Below are positions 43,797 through 54,611 of a stretch of DNA of 64,000 bases, piece by piece (the first letter of the stretch is position 1; the number at the start of each line of letters is the position of its first letter). The notes under the pieces are model-generated. The model did not search any database and had not been told where the DNA came from. It saw only the letters and a list, made by a program, of their open reading frames with translations. A program made the translations under genes and the position numbers. Origin of the DNA: Vulcanimicrobiota bacterium (GTDB lineage Bacteria; Vulcanimicrobiota; Vulcanimicrobiia; Vulcanimicrobiales; Vulcanimicrobiaceae); the NCBI GenBank assembly GCA_963723515.1, contig CAVRQT010000003.1, positions 1,017,088 through 1,081,087 on the forward strand. Direction: 5' to 3'.

Positions 43797-46071
43797 TGAG
43801 CAATATGCAAGTATCGTATAACCCGTTTGATTATGTAAACGCGGTTACCGATCCAACCTTATTTGTTGGCCGGGAAAAAGAGTTGGGCGACATTGATTAT
43901 TATCTACGGCACGCAGAAAAGGCACCAAGGCCATTCAATCTCGCGATTATCGGCGCGAGGGCGTCAGGGAAGACAAGCCTTCTAAACATGATTGCGCATA
44001 GAGCTCGTGCCTTCAACTTATGCGTCGCGCAACTGGAATTAGACGAAGGCGATGCTGTATCAGCGCTGCGTTTATTTTTCAAGATGCTAGACGCTATAAT
44101 AAACGCCGCGGTTGAGTTTAGCCGCGCCGATGGGTCACATCCCTTCGGCGGCGTTCAAGGCCTGATATTTGAAAAGTACTTGGAGTTAGTGAACGCTTTT
44201 CTGGTGCCCGAGCCCTTATGGAGAACGTTTACATTTCCAATCACGTACGCGCAGGCGATGTCGAGCGGCCGGCACGACGTAAATATTTCCGAGGCTGCCT
44301 TCAAGAGGGACCTTCAAAGAATAGGCGCTGAAGTCCAGGCTCCTATTGTGCTATTAATGGACGAGTGTAATGTCTTAAGCGAACAACGCGTGTTACTAGA
44401 GAAACTTCGAAACGTATTCATGAATACGCCCGGATACATGCTTGTCTTGACGGGAACTGAGGACCTATTCCCAATCGTGAACGACGTCTTTAGCCCGTTT
44501 GCGCGTCAATTTAAGCGGATTGAAGTTAAGCCATTCGAGACGGCGGAAGAGACAGGACAGCTCATCGAGCGTGGTTTCGATTCGATCGGAATTGAACTAA
44601 ATGCGGAAGCTGCACCGCGGCTTGACAGGACAGTCTCGCACGAAATCCACTCGGCAAGTGGGGGGAAACCACATGAGATCCAGCTGCTCTGCCATTGCTT
44701 AACGCGCCAGCTGGAGGATGGGAAAACCGCTAACATGGCGTTAAGCGTTGAATTAATGGACGAGGTTCTTGAGGAATTACAACGCGGAGTGGACCTTGCG
44801 CGGTACCCCGTCATCGGCAAGATCCGGGCGCTTGACGACGCGAAGCTGCGTTCACTCGCTATGCGTCCTCGCGCCAACGGATGCGACGATCGATCTTATT
44901 TACGTCATCCGGCATGCTTAAAAGGCGAGACCGACCTGTCTCTGGAGAGTATCCAAGACGCTGTTAATGGACTAGTAGCGGAAGGCATCTTAACAATGGT
45001 TGGGCCGACCATACGGTTTGCTGGAGATGACTTTGAAAAAATCTATATCAAGTATTATGCTCGCAAACGCAAAATCGATTTCGCCGCGTTTCCCGGATCG
45101 ACTGCCTTCCGAAGTGCGTTCGACGACTTTCTGCGTAAGCATAACTTAGACTATTTTGCCGAAGCAAAACTGTACGCCATTCCAAGCTGATGGCGGCCCT
45201 GCGTTCCAATCGTTGGAACGTGCTTCCCAGCGCGGCGACGACGAACCTTTGCGTGGTATAGGTGCTTGGCAGCCAATGCGACTGTGGATACATAGCCATG
45301 AATTGATCGCCAGGCAAGTGTCGAACCTCTTTATCCCCGTCGTCGATGTAAGCTTTAAAGAAACTCATTTTTCAGCTAGCTATCTCACTTCATTAAATGA
45401 GCAGCAGATCACGGATGAGCTTATCGAGTTGCAAGAAGACCTGAGGCCGCATGGGATTGTCATTGAGCATCGGATCGCTCATCGACGTGTACCCGACCAA
45501 AAGACCCTCGCGAGTTTTCTCAAGCTGTTACAGCGGCCTCAAAACAAGGCCGTGTCGCGCCATTTTGACACTCTGTTGTCCATCAAGCTAGTGGAAGCTT
45601 ATTTGAACCGTGACGTTGACGTTGCCATCTACATGGCGGAAGTCGCTCACCAATTCTTCGAGATGTTGGATCCCCGGCTGCAGATTAACGTGGGTTACAT
45701 ATACTTCGCACTCGGGAAATACGAGAGAGGCTTCAGAGTGCTTCGCAGCCGCGATGAACGTCCTCGATTCCAAGGACAAGCTTTTTGGATTGTTGGCATA
45801 TGATAAGGCAATGCTATCTCTCGTGCAAAGCGGCCCTGAAAAGGCAGTACAGGAATTGACGTCAATCCAAAAGCAGGGAAGCGACTATGACGATAAGATC
45901 TCTGTTTTATTCGTACCCATACAACGCGAAAACGGCTTAGTGCTGAAAGAACAGCTAAACCCAAAATTGTCCGACGCTATCCAATCTTCATTGGAGTGCC
46001 TCAGCTCGGCCCAGGACGGGCGTGTAGTCTCAGTTGAGCTGTCGGGCAGCGGAGGCAGTCCGCGGCGGTAA
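43796..46071 (+). CDS. STAND-type P-loop ATPase with wHTH and C-terminal TPR-like region, frameshifted
   Basis: NPF..LFVGREKEL, Walker A GARASGKTS, Walker B LLMDE, SGGKPHEIQLLC, TPR-like INVGYIYFALGKY. Confidence 0.75.
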
Positions 46072-46179
46072 CGCCATAAGCCGCACGGTGGTCGCACGGC
46101 TCGGCACGGTTGTCGAACGCGACGACTTTCTTACATATCCCGAGCAGGCGGTTGTTCGCGCGCTGATGGAACTGACGGG

Positions 46180-46685
46180 TTAAATTTTCGCCAAAACGCC
46201 GTGGACCTCGTCGAGCTTGACTTGCTGCCACTCGCGGGCGCGTTGAAACTGCATTTGGGCTTTATTTTGAAGAGCCATGGATTTGATGAGTAGCGCCTCA
46301 ACATCGCGGATTATCGCGCCAGGCCTCACCATCTTCTCTAACGGCAGCTTGTTCTTAAGCTTCCGAACTCCGTCCACGTACTTGCTACTAAGGACGGAGC
46401 GGAATCCGAACCAGCTAAATCGATCCCAGCGACCCGCGTGCCCGTCCGACAGATGGTCCTTAAGGCGCTTTCCCAAATCTTGTTTGAGCGTTAATCCGAC
46501 ATAATGCGGGCCGTAGTTACCATAAAGTATATAAACACCGCGCTGTTCCGGAAGTCGCAGATCCTGAGGTTCGGTTTGTTTTGCCCGCGTCTTCCAAGAA
46601 GACGAAAGGCGTTGCGCTTCCCTTTGCCGGGGTTCCAGTCGATTTCGTCAGAGCGCCAAAACAAGCCGAATTCCTGGATGAGCAT
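46180..46685 (-). CDS. GIY-YIG nuclease family protein, one frameshift
   Basis: GVYILY..HYVG..LGKRLKDH..WDRFSWFG..VEALLI. Confidence 0.72.
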
Positions 46686-46686
46686 A

Positions 46687-49600
46687 CTACCGCTCTTGAA
46701 TTCCGCAGATGGCCTCGAAATCGCAAGTACGGCAGCGCGATCTTCCATCACGGCGACGGGTCGGTCCTTGGCGAAAACGGCGCTCCCGAATACGCGTAGC
46801 TGCTTCGACGACGGTTCGGCGTGCCGCGTCCATAGATTTCTGGTCAAGTGGAATCTCTAGCTGGCGCCGGTCCAGCTCACCGGGCCGCGGGGGTTCTTCA
46901 CCAAGGTATCGCACGAGGCCGCGCTCGGGCTGATACTCGAGTTCATGTTTCGCGGCCAGCGCGTATAGCGTAACCTGCAATCGCATTTCGTCGACATCCA
47001 ACTTAGAGGCAATATCTAGTTCTGCGTCGCCCGACTTGAAATCGATCAGACTGACACGGGGCGGCTCATCCAAACGAACAACGTCAATCGCGCCGGACAC
47101 AAGAGCGCTCGCATCCTCGAGAAGCGTTTCAAAAGGCCTTTCCGGTTCAAACGTTAAGCGCGATAGTTCCGTGGCGTATGTACTTACGTAATCGCATACG
47201 ACCTTGACGGCGCGATTCTCAAGATTGTCTAGAGGTGGACCGGTCGTGTATCGCATGTAAAATAAACCGCGCTGCACAAGACCTCGTACGGCAATCTCGA
47301 GCGCCGTCGGATCTCTTGCAAGAGCGGCGTACTTTGTGGGCTCCGTGTGGATAGCGCGCAGGAGGTTATGGACGCCACGGCCGTATCCGAATGCCTGATC
47401 AATCGTCGGAGCAAAGCCGAGCACCTTGCGCAGATAGAAATCATGCGCGCATTCAAGATAGTATCTAAGTTCGGAGAAGTTCGTTACGAGGCGGAAGTCG
47501 CGTCGATATTCCGTTGGGCGAAGCGAAAATCTTCTTCGGCAGGAACTTCGCTTGAGCGTTCGCGAGGCCGCCCGCCGCAGCGATGTCGTCGGCTACTTCT
47601 CGATAAAAAGCGACGGCCGTGATGTCGTGACGAAGAGGAAGCGCTCGGCTCTCGTGAGCGCAACGTACATTAGCCTTCGCTCGGCATCATAGTTCTGGTT
47701 GTCGATATGATGGACCGGATTGACTATCTTGGCCGCCGCGCCGCCAAACGGATAAACGGATAGTCCACTGCGTGGGGCGGCGGCGGTCCGTGCCCGATTA
47801 CTTGGAAAGCGCAGGGCACGCACATCCGAGACAAAAACTGCCGGGAATTCCAATCCCTTAACGGCATGAATCGTAGCGATAGTTACCGCATCAGGCTGTA
47901 CTAACAAGGGCGCTTCTTCCGTTCGTCCGCTCTTTGCTCCGTACAAAGCCAGCGCGATCATCTTACTTCCGAAGGCCCGAGTGCTTGTCCAGCCGGAGGA
48001 TTCTATTCCAGTGATGATTGCGCTGAGCGTGCCGAGGTGAAACATCGCGCTCTCGCCTCTAGCGCTACCATCGTCGAACGCCGATATGCCAAATTCATTC
48101 GCAAGTTCCATGAAGATCGTCTGTGGAAACACGCGCGCCGTCGCATGACCCATTAACGACCTCCGCAACCTTTTCGATTTGAGTATCGCGACATCAGCCG
48201 CTGAAGGGGAATGCTCCCCTTCGGCGAGCCGGCGGCGAAATAGGTGTACGGCCGTGATAAGACGATGCTCAGCATCGTCGGCGACGGTAAGGCCCTCCCA
48301 TTTTAAGCGCCGCGCTGCCGCCTTGATTGTTTTTTCTACGGTAGGGTCGCATCCTAGCGTCTCGCGAATGCGGCGGGGTAAGCTTTTTGGATTCCACTGA
48401 GACCCTGGTATGTCGTTTTTGCCAGCCGCTCCAAGCAGCGCCGCAACGAACAGCACAACCTCCGGCTGCGAGAAGAGATCGGGACCCGCGCGAAAGACAG
48501 CTGGGATGTTCTTCCGCTGAAGCGCTTTCATGAAGGCGCGTGCACTCGTACTCGATCGGAGAAGTATCGCGATGTCGCCGTAGCCGATCCCACGGGAACC
48601 ATGCTTTGCACCGCGGCCGCCATCTCCGTCGACCAGCTTACCGACCGTCTCCGCGACCCACGCACATTCGCTCGCTTCATTTGAGAACGATAGGCAGCCG
48701 ACGTGCGAATTGTCATCGTCCTTGCGTTCGATGTTCCCATGCCGCATATCGGGGGTCGACATGCCTCGTACCGATCCGATTCTTCGCGCCCACCGGTTTG
48801 CAATATCGATTACGCACGGCGTAGATCGGTAGTTTCTTACGAGCTCGATAATCTTGCCATCTGAAGCTCGCTCCGTTTCGCGATAAAGATCGCCCATTAT
48901 TTGACTCGGCTCCCTCGAAAGCCGAATATCGCCTGCCGATGATCGCCAACGGCGGTGAGCTTAACGTCTTCACCGACCAGCAAATCGACAAGCCGCCGCT
49001 GTACGACATTTAAATCCTGTATTTCGTCTACAACGACCACTCGAGTCGCGGCCTTCAGTTTCGCGGCTGCAACAGGATTGTGCTCAAGGAGACGGACAAG
49101 TTCATTTTGCGAAGTGCTGAAGTCAAGGAATCGCCGCGCTCGCATGAGGGCGTAGTAACGAGCTGCGCTTTTGCCAAAAGCGGCGGAGACTTCGTCACTG
49201 CCAATTTGCGTGAGCAATCTCGCTTGAGCGCACCATTGCGAATCGTCCTGTATTCGCCACGGAATAGGATCGCTGCAGAGGGCGACATTTAGAAGGCCGT
49301 ACTCGTTAAGCATGTCATAACCGAGTAGGAACCAGTCGATCGTCGCGTATTGTGCAAGTCCGGCGGCGGAGGACAGGCCTTGCAGCCCAAGGGTCGGATA
49401 GAAGCCCCGCTCAATTAACGACAAGCGGCCGATGTCATCGAGGATATCGTAGTTGTGATACGTGTCAGGATCGAGGCGTCGCAGCCTATCCAAGCAAAAC
49501 CCATGGATCGTCCCGATGAACATGTCCCCGAGGGTAGCATCGGAACCTTCAGGTGTTATTGCGGCAATATACTTACGGACGCGGAATTTCATTTCTTCCG

Positions 49601-49808
49601 CGGCGCGCTCTGTAAAGGTAAAGGCGATTATCTCGCTTTTGGGGATTTTTTCTTCCGCAACGTGCCAGGCGATACGCCTTGCCATCACGTCGGTCTTGCC
49701 AGCTCCCGCCCCAGCTGAAACAAGAAGTCGCCGCGCCTTTGATCTGACCGCTGCCTTTTGTTCGTCATTGATGCCGCGAAGAAGCAACTGCCGCGAATCA
49801 GCGGTCAT
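46687..49808 (-). CDS. UvrD-like helicase fused to a PD-(D/E)XK nuclease, frameshifted
   Basis: AGAGAGKT, TFTERAA, VDEIQD, GDHRQAIFGFRG, HAVKGLEF, YVALTRA; GAID..IDFKSG, QVTLYA, YLEC...CRTCDFEAIC. Confidence 0.85.
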
Positions 49809-50337
49809 TTTGCAGCCTTTCGCGCGCAGCGATGCTGGAATAGAGCCTCGTCATGAGAAAGCTCACTTGTCATAGCTTCTTAATGCGCGCCGTTATCCCG
49901 CCCTCGACGATCGCCTCAGGCCAAGAAGCAGGCTCGTGAGTTGCTCCTGTTTTGGCGAGCGCGCCGGTGCGCTGTCGATCGTTTCGTCACCGGTTACGGC
50001 GGTCAAGACGGGGTCCGCTACTTGCCTGTCTCAAATCGTTGTTTTTTCGCAAGCCGTGCATCATGTATCTGACACCGCCACTGTAACCAACTAGAAGAGC
50101 AGAGCTGTAGCTACATGAAAGAATGGATGATTCCGTCTAGTACGATGACCAAGACGATTGTTAAAAATACGGATGAAATATGTAGTAATTGGCTACGTGC
50201 CTCTTATGCTGCGGCGCGATGTTGGAGATAGGTGCCACGCCTTATGAAGATGGCTAACAAACCCCTAATCAACAGAGCACGCGGTTGAGCTTGAGCTTGG
50301 GGCAACGCCCGCGCATTGAAACCGCCTATTTTTCGAG

Positions 50338-50962
50338 TCAGTCTTCTTTGAACACTGAGCGCAGAAAATTATATACGGCCTCCTGCTCGTGACGTGGCAA
50401 GCGCCTTACCTGTGCCATTGTTTTGCTTATTGCTGGACGATCCGGCCCTATGTCTGATTCTGCTTCATTGCATATCGAGCAAAGTGTCAGGCAGTTTTCA
50501 ACGGTTGCTTTGCCGCCTTGGGAATGGGCCTGGTGGTTGTGAGCGACGTGCAACTTGATGGTCCGACCGTCTTCGTAACGCTCCCCTCTCGCGATACCGC
50601 AACCCTGACAGGTGTAAGCGTCGCGAAACAACACCTCGCCGCGAACGCGTCCGGAAATGCGGGAGCCAGCCGTTGCTCTACGTCGGGGCTGGAACGGGAA
50701 AAATATATTGTCCTGGTCTTAGTTCTTTCCGATCGTGATGGCTTAGAACCGTATACCCGCCGTATTGCGGTTCTCGCAACTCGCGCAGACGCCGAGTCCA
50801 GCTGTCGGACCTCTCTTCACCCAGCATGCGCCTCAGCGATTTGTTATCGAAGACTTCGTTGGGATGTGCCATTAGGAATTCAAGCAGGCGAACCCGGTCG
50901 CTAACGCGCCGGTTGCTGGATAGATTTGGTTTTCGCTTGGTGCGTTTTGTCTTTGTCGTCAT
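50338..50962 (-). CDS. HTH + HNH endonuclease, one frameshift
   Basis: SWTRRLRELR N-domain; RDAYTCQGCG..LHVAH..GGK..ENCLTLCSICN. Confidence 0.75.
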
Positions 50963-51156
50963 AACCTCGAGCCACGAACCGCTGGATGAAAGTCGTCCAT
51001 TAGCAGCCGTCACAGATTTATTTAGGCCTCACGTCGCGGTGAGAACGAGAGCAAATAGTGCTGAGCCAGAGTCTGGGTCATATACGTGCCGTCGGTGCTC
51101 GCCCACTGCATTTTGGAACGTAGGTACTCTGGTGCAGGTCGGCCACCGCTTTAGCG

Positions 51157-51351
51157 ATGAACGAGCCGCCGATGAAAAATCATCACGATAAGCGCACACC
51201 CTCAAGGCATCGGATCGAGATTAAATTGTCTGAGAGCCAAAAAGACGTGATCGTACGAGGTGCAGCCATCGCAAAACGCGGGATATCGGACTTTGTCAGG
51301 GCGGCCGCAGAGCAAGCTGCTCGAGACCTTATCGCAAAGGATGAGCGTTGA
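51157..51351 (+). CDS. DUF1778-like ribbon-helix-helix protein
   Basis: RIEIKLSESQKDVIVRGAAIAKRGISDFVRAAA. Confidence 0.65.
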   Translation: MNEPPMKNHHDKRTPSRHRIEIKLSESQKDVIVRGAAIAKRGISDFVRAAAEQAARDLIAKDER

Positions 51352-51457
51352 GATTAGAGCCAAGCTCATGGATAGGACGCCGCTAAATCGCACCGAACAA
51401 ATGTTCGGGCACAAAATGTAGGGGCACCGAGACTTGGACATAGAAAGGCGTTCGAAA

Positions 51458-52558
51458 ATGCATTGCGAGGTCAGCAACACCGTGGCCGACCTCTTCGCCG
51501 GGGCAGGCGGCATTACGGAAGGCTTCCGGCGGGCTGGCTTTACTCCGGTGGCGGCCGTAGAATCGGACTCGTGGGCAGCGCGAACCTACGCCGCTAATTT
51601 CGGGAATCACATACTGGCTTCACCGATCGAAAGCGTTCGGCTGGCACGCCAGGACTGTAGCGTTCTCTGGACTGGGGATGACGTTGACGGTAAGCCGCTT
51701 AGTCTTATTACCCCCGACATAGATGTGCTGGTGGGCGGCGCGCCGTGCCAAGGCTTTTCCCCTTTGGGAAGGATGAACGACTGGAGCTACGACGATCCCC
51801 GAAACAAGCTCTGGAAACACTACGTACGGGTCCTAGATACAGTGCGACCGAAGGTATTCGTGATAGAGAACGTACCAGAAATTCTTAAATCTGAAGAATT
51901 CGAGCAACTGAAGCGGCACGTTGCTGCTTTGGATTCCGGATACGTCCTGGACTACGGTGTGCTAAACGCGTTTTTTTATGGCGTACCACAAAGCCGCAAG
52001 CGCGCATTTATTATCGGCAGTCGCATAGGCAAGCCAACGCTTCCGCCGGAAACGCTGACACGCAGGACGGTCCACGATGCCATCGGCGATCTACCGCTGA
52101 CCCCAGACGGCAAAAACTGGCACATCGGCCGCAAGCCGAGGCCGACGTCTGTTGAGCGTTATAAGTGTATTCCAGAAGGCGGCAATCGCTTTGATCTTAT
52201 GCGACAGCGGCCGGATATTACGCCGATATGTTGGCTTAAAAAAACGTCCGGCAGCACCGATGTTTTTGGCCGCATGAGTTGGAACGAACCTGCACCGACA
52301 CTCCGCACCGAATTTTTCAAACCGGAGAAGGGGCGGTATCTCCACCCGCTGGCCGATCGCCCGATAACAATACGGGAAGCCGCGCGCTTGCAGACATTCC
52401 CCGACGACTTCATTTTTGTCGGTTCAAATGTGCAGGTCGCGAAGCAGATCGGCAACGCAGTTCCCGTAAAACTGGCGTTCATGATCGCGTCACATTTGCG
52501 CCGAGTGCTTTCGCTCGATGAGACTGGCAGTCCCAAGGCCTCGCAGCAACGGCGCTAA
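51458..52558 (+). CDS. dcm: C5 DNA cytosine methyltransferase
   Basis: DLFAGAGG, GGAPCQGFS, ENV, PQSRKR, REAARLQTFP, QIGNAVP. Confidence 0.95.
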   Translation: MHCEVSNTVADLFAGAGGITEGFRRAGFTPVAAVESDSWAARTYAANFGNHILASPIESVRLARQDCSVLWTGDDVDGKPLSLITPDIDVLVGGAPCQGFSPLGRMNDWSYDDPRNKLWKHYVRVLDTVRPKVFVIENVPEILKSEEFEQLKRHVAALDSGYVLDYGVLNAFFYGVPQSRKRAFIIGSRIGKPTLPPETLTRRTVHDAIGDLPLTPDGKNWHIGRKPRPTSVERYKCIPEGGNRFDLMRQRPDITPICWLKKTSGSTDVFGRMSWNEPAPTLRTEFFKPEKGRYLHPLADRPITIREAARLQTFPDDFIFVGSNVQVAKQIGNAVPVKLAFMIASHLRRVLSLDETGSPKASQQRR

Positions 52559-52561
52559 CGC

Positions 52562-52977
52562 GTGGCCAGCCTATCGAAGAGCGAGCAAATGTCCGGGTGC
52601 GTTCAAGGGACACTGAACCCGAACTGCTAGTAAGACGGCTGTTGTCTCGTGAGGACGTGCACTACAGGGTACACCGTAAAGACCTACCAGGACGTCCAGA
52701 CGTCTTCGTATCTCGGCTGCGCCTCGCGATCTTCGTCAACGGCTGCTTTTGGCACGGCCACGGTTGCGCGCGAGCAGGTCTATTGCGGACGAACGTAGAT
52801 TTTTGGAACAGGAAGATTGCCAAGAATATCGCGCGAGATGAAGCCGTTAAGACAATGTTGGCGCAATTGGGTGTTCAGGCATTAACCTTCTGGACATGCC
52901 GCAGGTCCGCGTTTGCGGCCAAGTGTCGCGCGATCGGCAAGCGATACCGTCGACGACAGCGCAGACAAAAAAGATAA
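52562..52977 (+). CDS. vsr: Very-short-patch repair endonuclease, frameshift near the start
   Basis: RSRDTEPE, LPGRPD, FVNGCFWHGH, FWNRKI..N..RD. Confidence 0.9.
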
Positions 52978-53057
52978 CTCCGAGGGCTAAAGCCAAACCA
53001 GCCTTCAAAAGCCGATCGTAAAGACACACGAGCGGATGCTTCTGATCGGACCTGCAT

Positions 53058-54116
53058 ATGATCTCCTGCGCGAGATTTCTCGCTGAAGTCAAGGGGCAAG
53101 TGCTCTTCGAGCGAGAGTTTACCGACAAGCTAAGGCCGCTTGTCGGCACGTCGTTGCTGCCGCCGAATCAAACCGGCACAGTTAATGTTGCCGATGTCTC
53201 TAATTACGTCAGCGCGCGCATCGGTTGGGAATGGGGGCAGCGCCTGCCCGGTTACTTCCACGATAAGAAAATCAAAGGGCAAACCGCAGGTGACCGCTTC
53301 ACTTCGTCGGTGCGCACGTTCTTGCAGGCAGGCATCGCAGCGTGCACCATTCTGCGTAAAACATATTGGAAATATAGGCTTGAGGAAAGAGGCGGCAAAG
53401 AGAAAGGACGCTCAAGAGCAAAGAACCCTCGAATTAAAGCTTCAACGTTTGCACAGTACGCCCACCTGTCTCGAATTCACGAAACGTTCGAGCAACGACC
53501 CGACCTCGAAGCGGTGTTCGGCGCTGATTACGTTGTCGAACCGGATATAGTCGTGTTCGCGCTTCCATTCTCGACCGATTCAATCGGCGGTCGTCCTGGC
53601 AAACAGGTTGGGACTTTTTCACCTTTGCTATCAGACGCACACTACAGCACTGGTGCACCGTTGCTCCATGCGAGCGTGTCATGCAAGCTTACGATTCGGT
53701 CTGGACCGTGCAGACGGTAACGGCTCGAAGCGTTGAACTTAATTCGCACGCGAAAGGGACGTGTGCCGAATATCGCGTTTGTGACTGCTGTAGCTGTTGC
53801 CGTCGATATTGACATCGCTTGCGCTCGGCACGGGGGACGTTGACTGCATATACCATGCGGGACTGTATGAGCTGATTGACGCCGTCGAAGTGCTGTCACC
53901 TTCGGCGCCGACAGATTGATTGAAGAAATCGAAAGCGATCCGCGGGTACGGATGCTTGCAGCAGAACCTGAAGCCGAAGAGGATGCGGATGCCGGCGCGG
54001 CTGAGGCTACGCCGACCAGAAGGGGGTTGCAGCGCCAGCGCGATCGTTTGACGAGCATGATCGCCCAGGGCCGCCTGCGCGATATAAGCGACCTTGTTTT
54101 GGACCTATTGATTTAG
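53058..54116 (+). CDS. NgoMIV-family type II restriction endonuclease, frameshifted
   Basis: GQTAGDRF, QYAHL, DYVVEPDIVV, LHASVSCKLTIRS, EALNLIR.RKG, RLRDISDLVLDL. Confidence 0.85.
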
Positions 54117-54178
54117 GCCGTGCGGATCATCCTGGGCGGCACACACTGTGATACAGCTTCGCTGTTGCGGCGCGTGCG

Positions 54179-54611
54179 ATGATCGACAAGCAAGAGTTTT
54201 ATCATGGAGTAGCCGTGCTGCGGGTCGTAAATGACACGCGTTTTGCCAGTGTGCGCTCCCACGGCGGTGCTTATACTGGTACAAGTGAAGAGTGCCTGTT
54301 TCTGGTTAAATTTTCCACGAAAGCGTCATCGCCCTGGCGCTTCACGTTCACTCGGGGCGAAATACACATGATATGGTCCGAAATACAGCGGAGGCGAGTC
54401 CGCGATCGCGTTCGTCTGCGGCGGCGATGGCATTTGTGGCGTCCCATGGACTGTACTCGAAGGCGCGTTTGACGAACGGCGGCCATGGATCGCTTGTTCT
54501 CGGCGATTCAACGGCACAGATGTAGTAACCGGCGCTTACGGCGACCTGTCGCGCCGTGTTCCTCATAATCACTGGCCGGGAATATTGTTTCGTCGCGAAG
54601 GAGATTCTTAA
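54179..54611 (+). CDS. Hypothetical protein, one frameshift
   Basis: MIDKQEFYHG..KFSTK..PWRFTF..FVCGGDGIC; stop overlaps the next ATG (TAATG). Confidence 0.6.
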
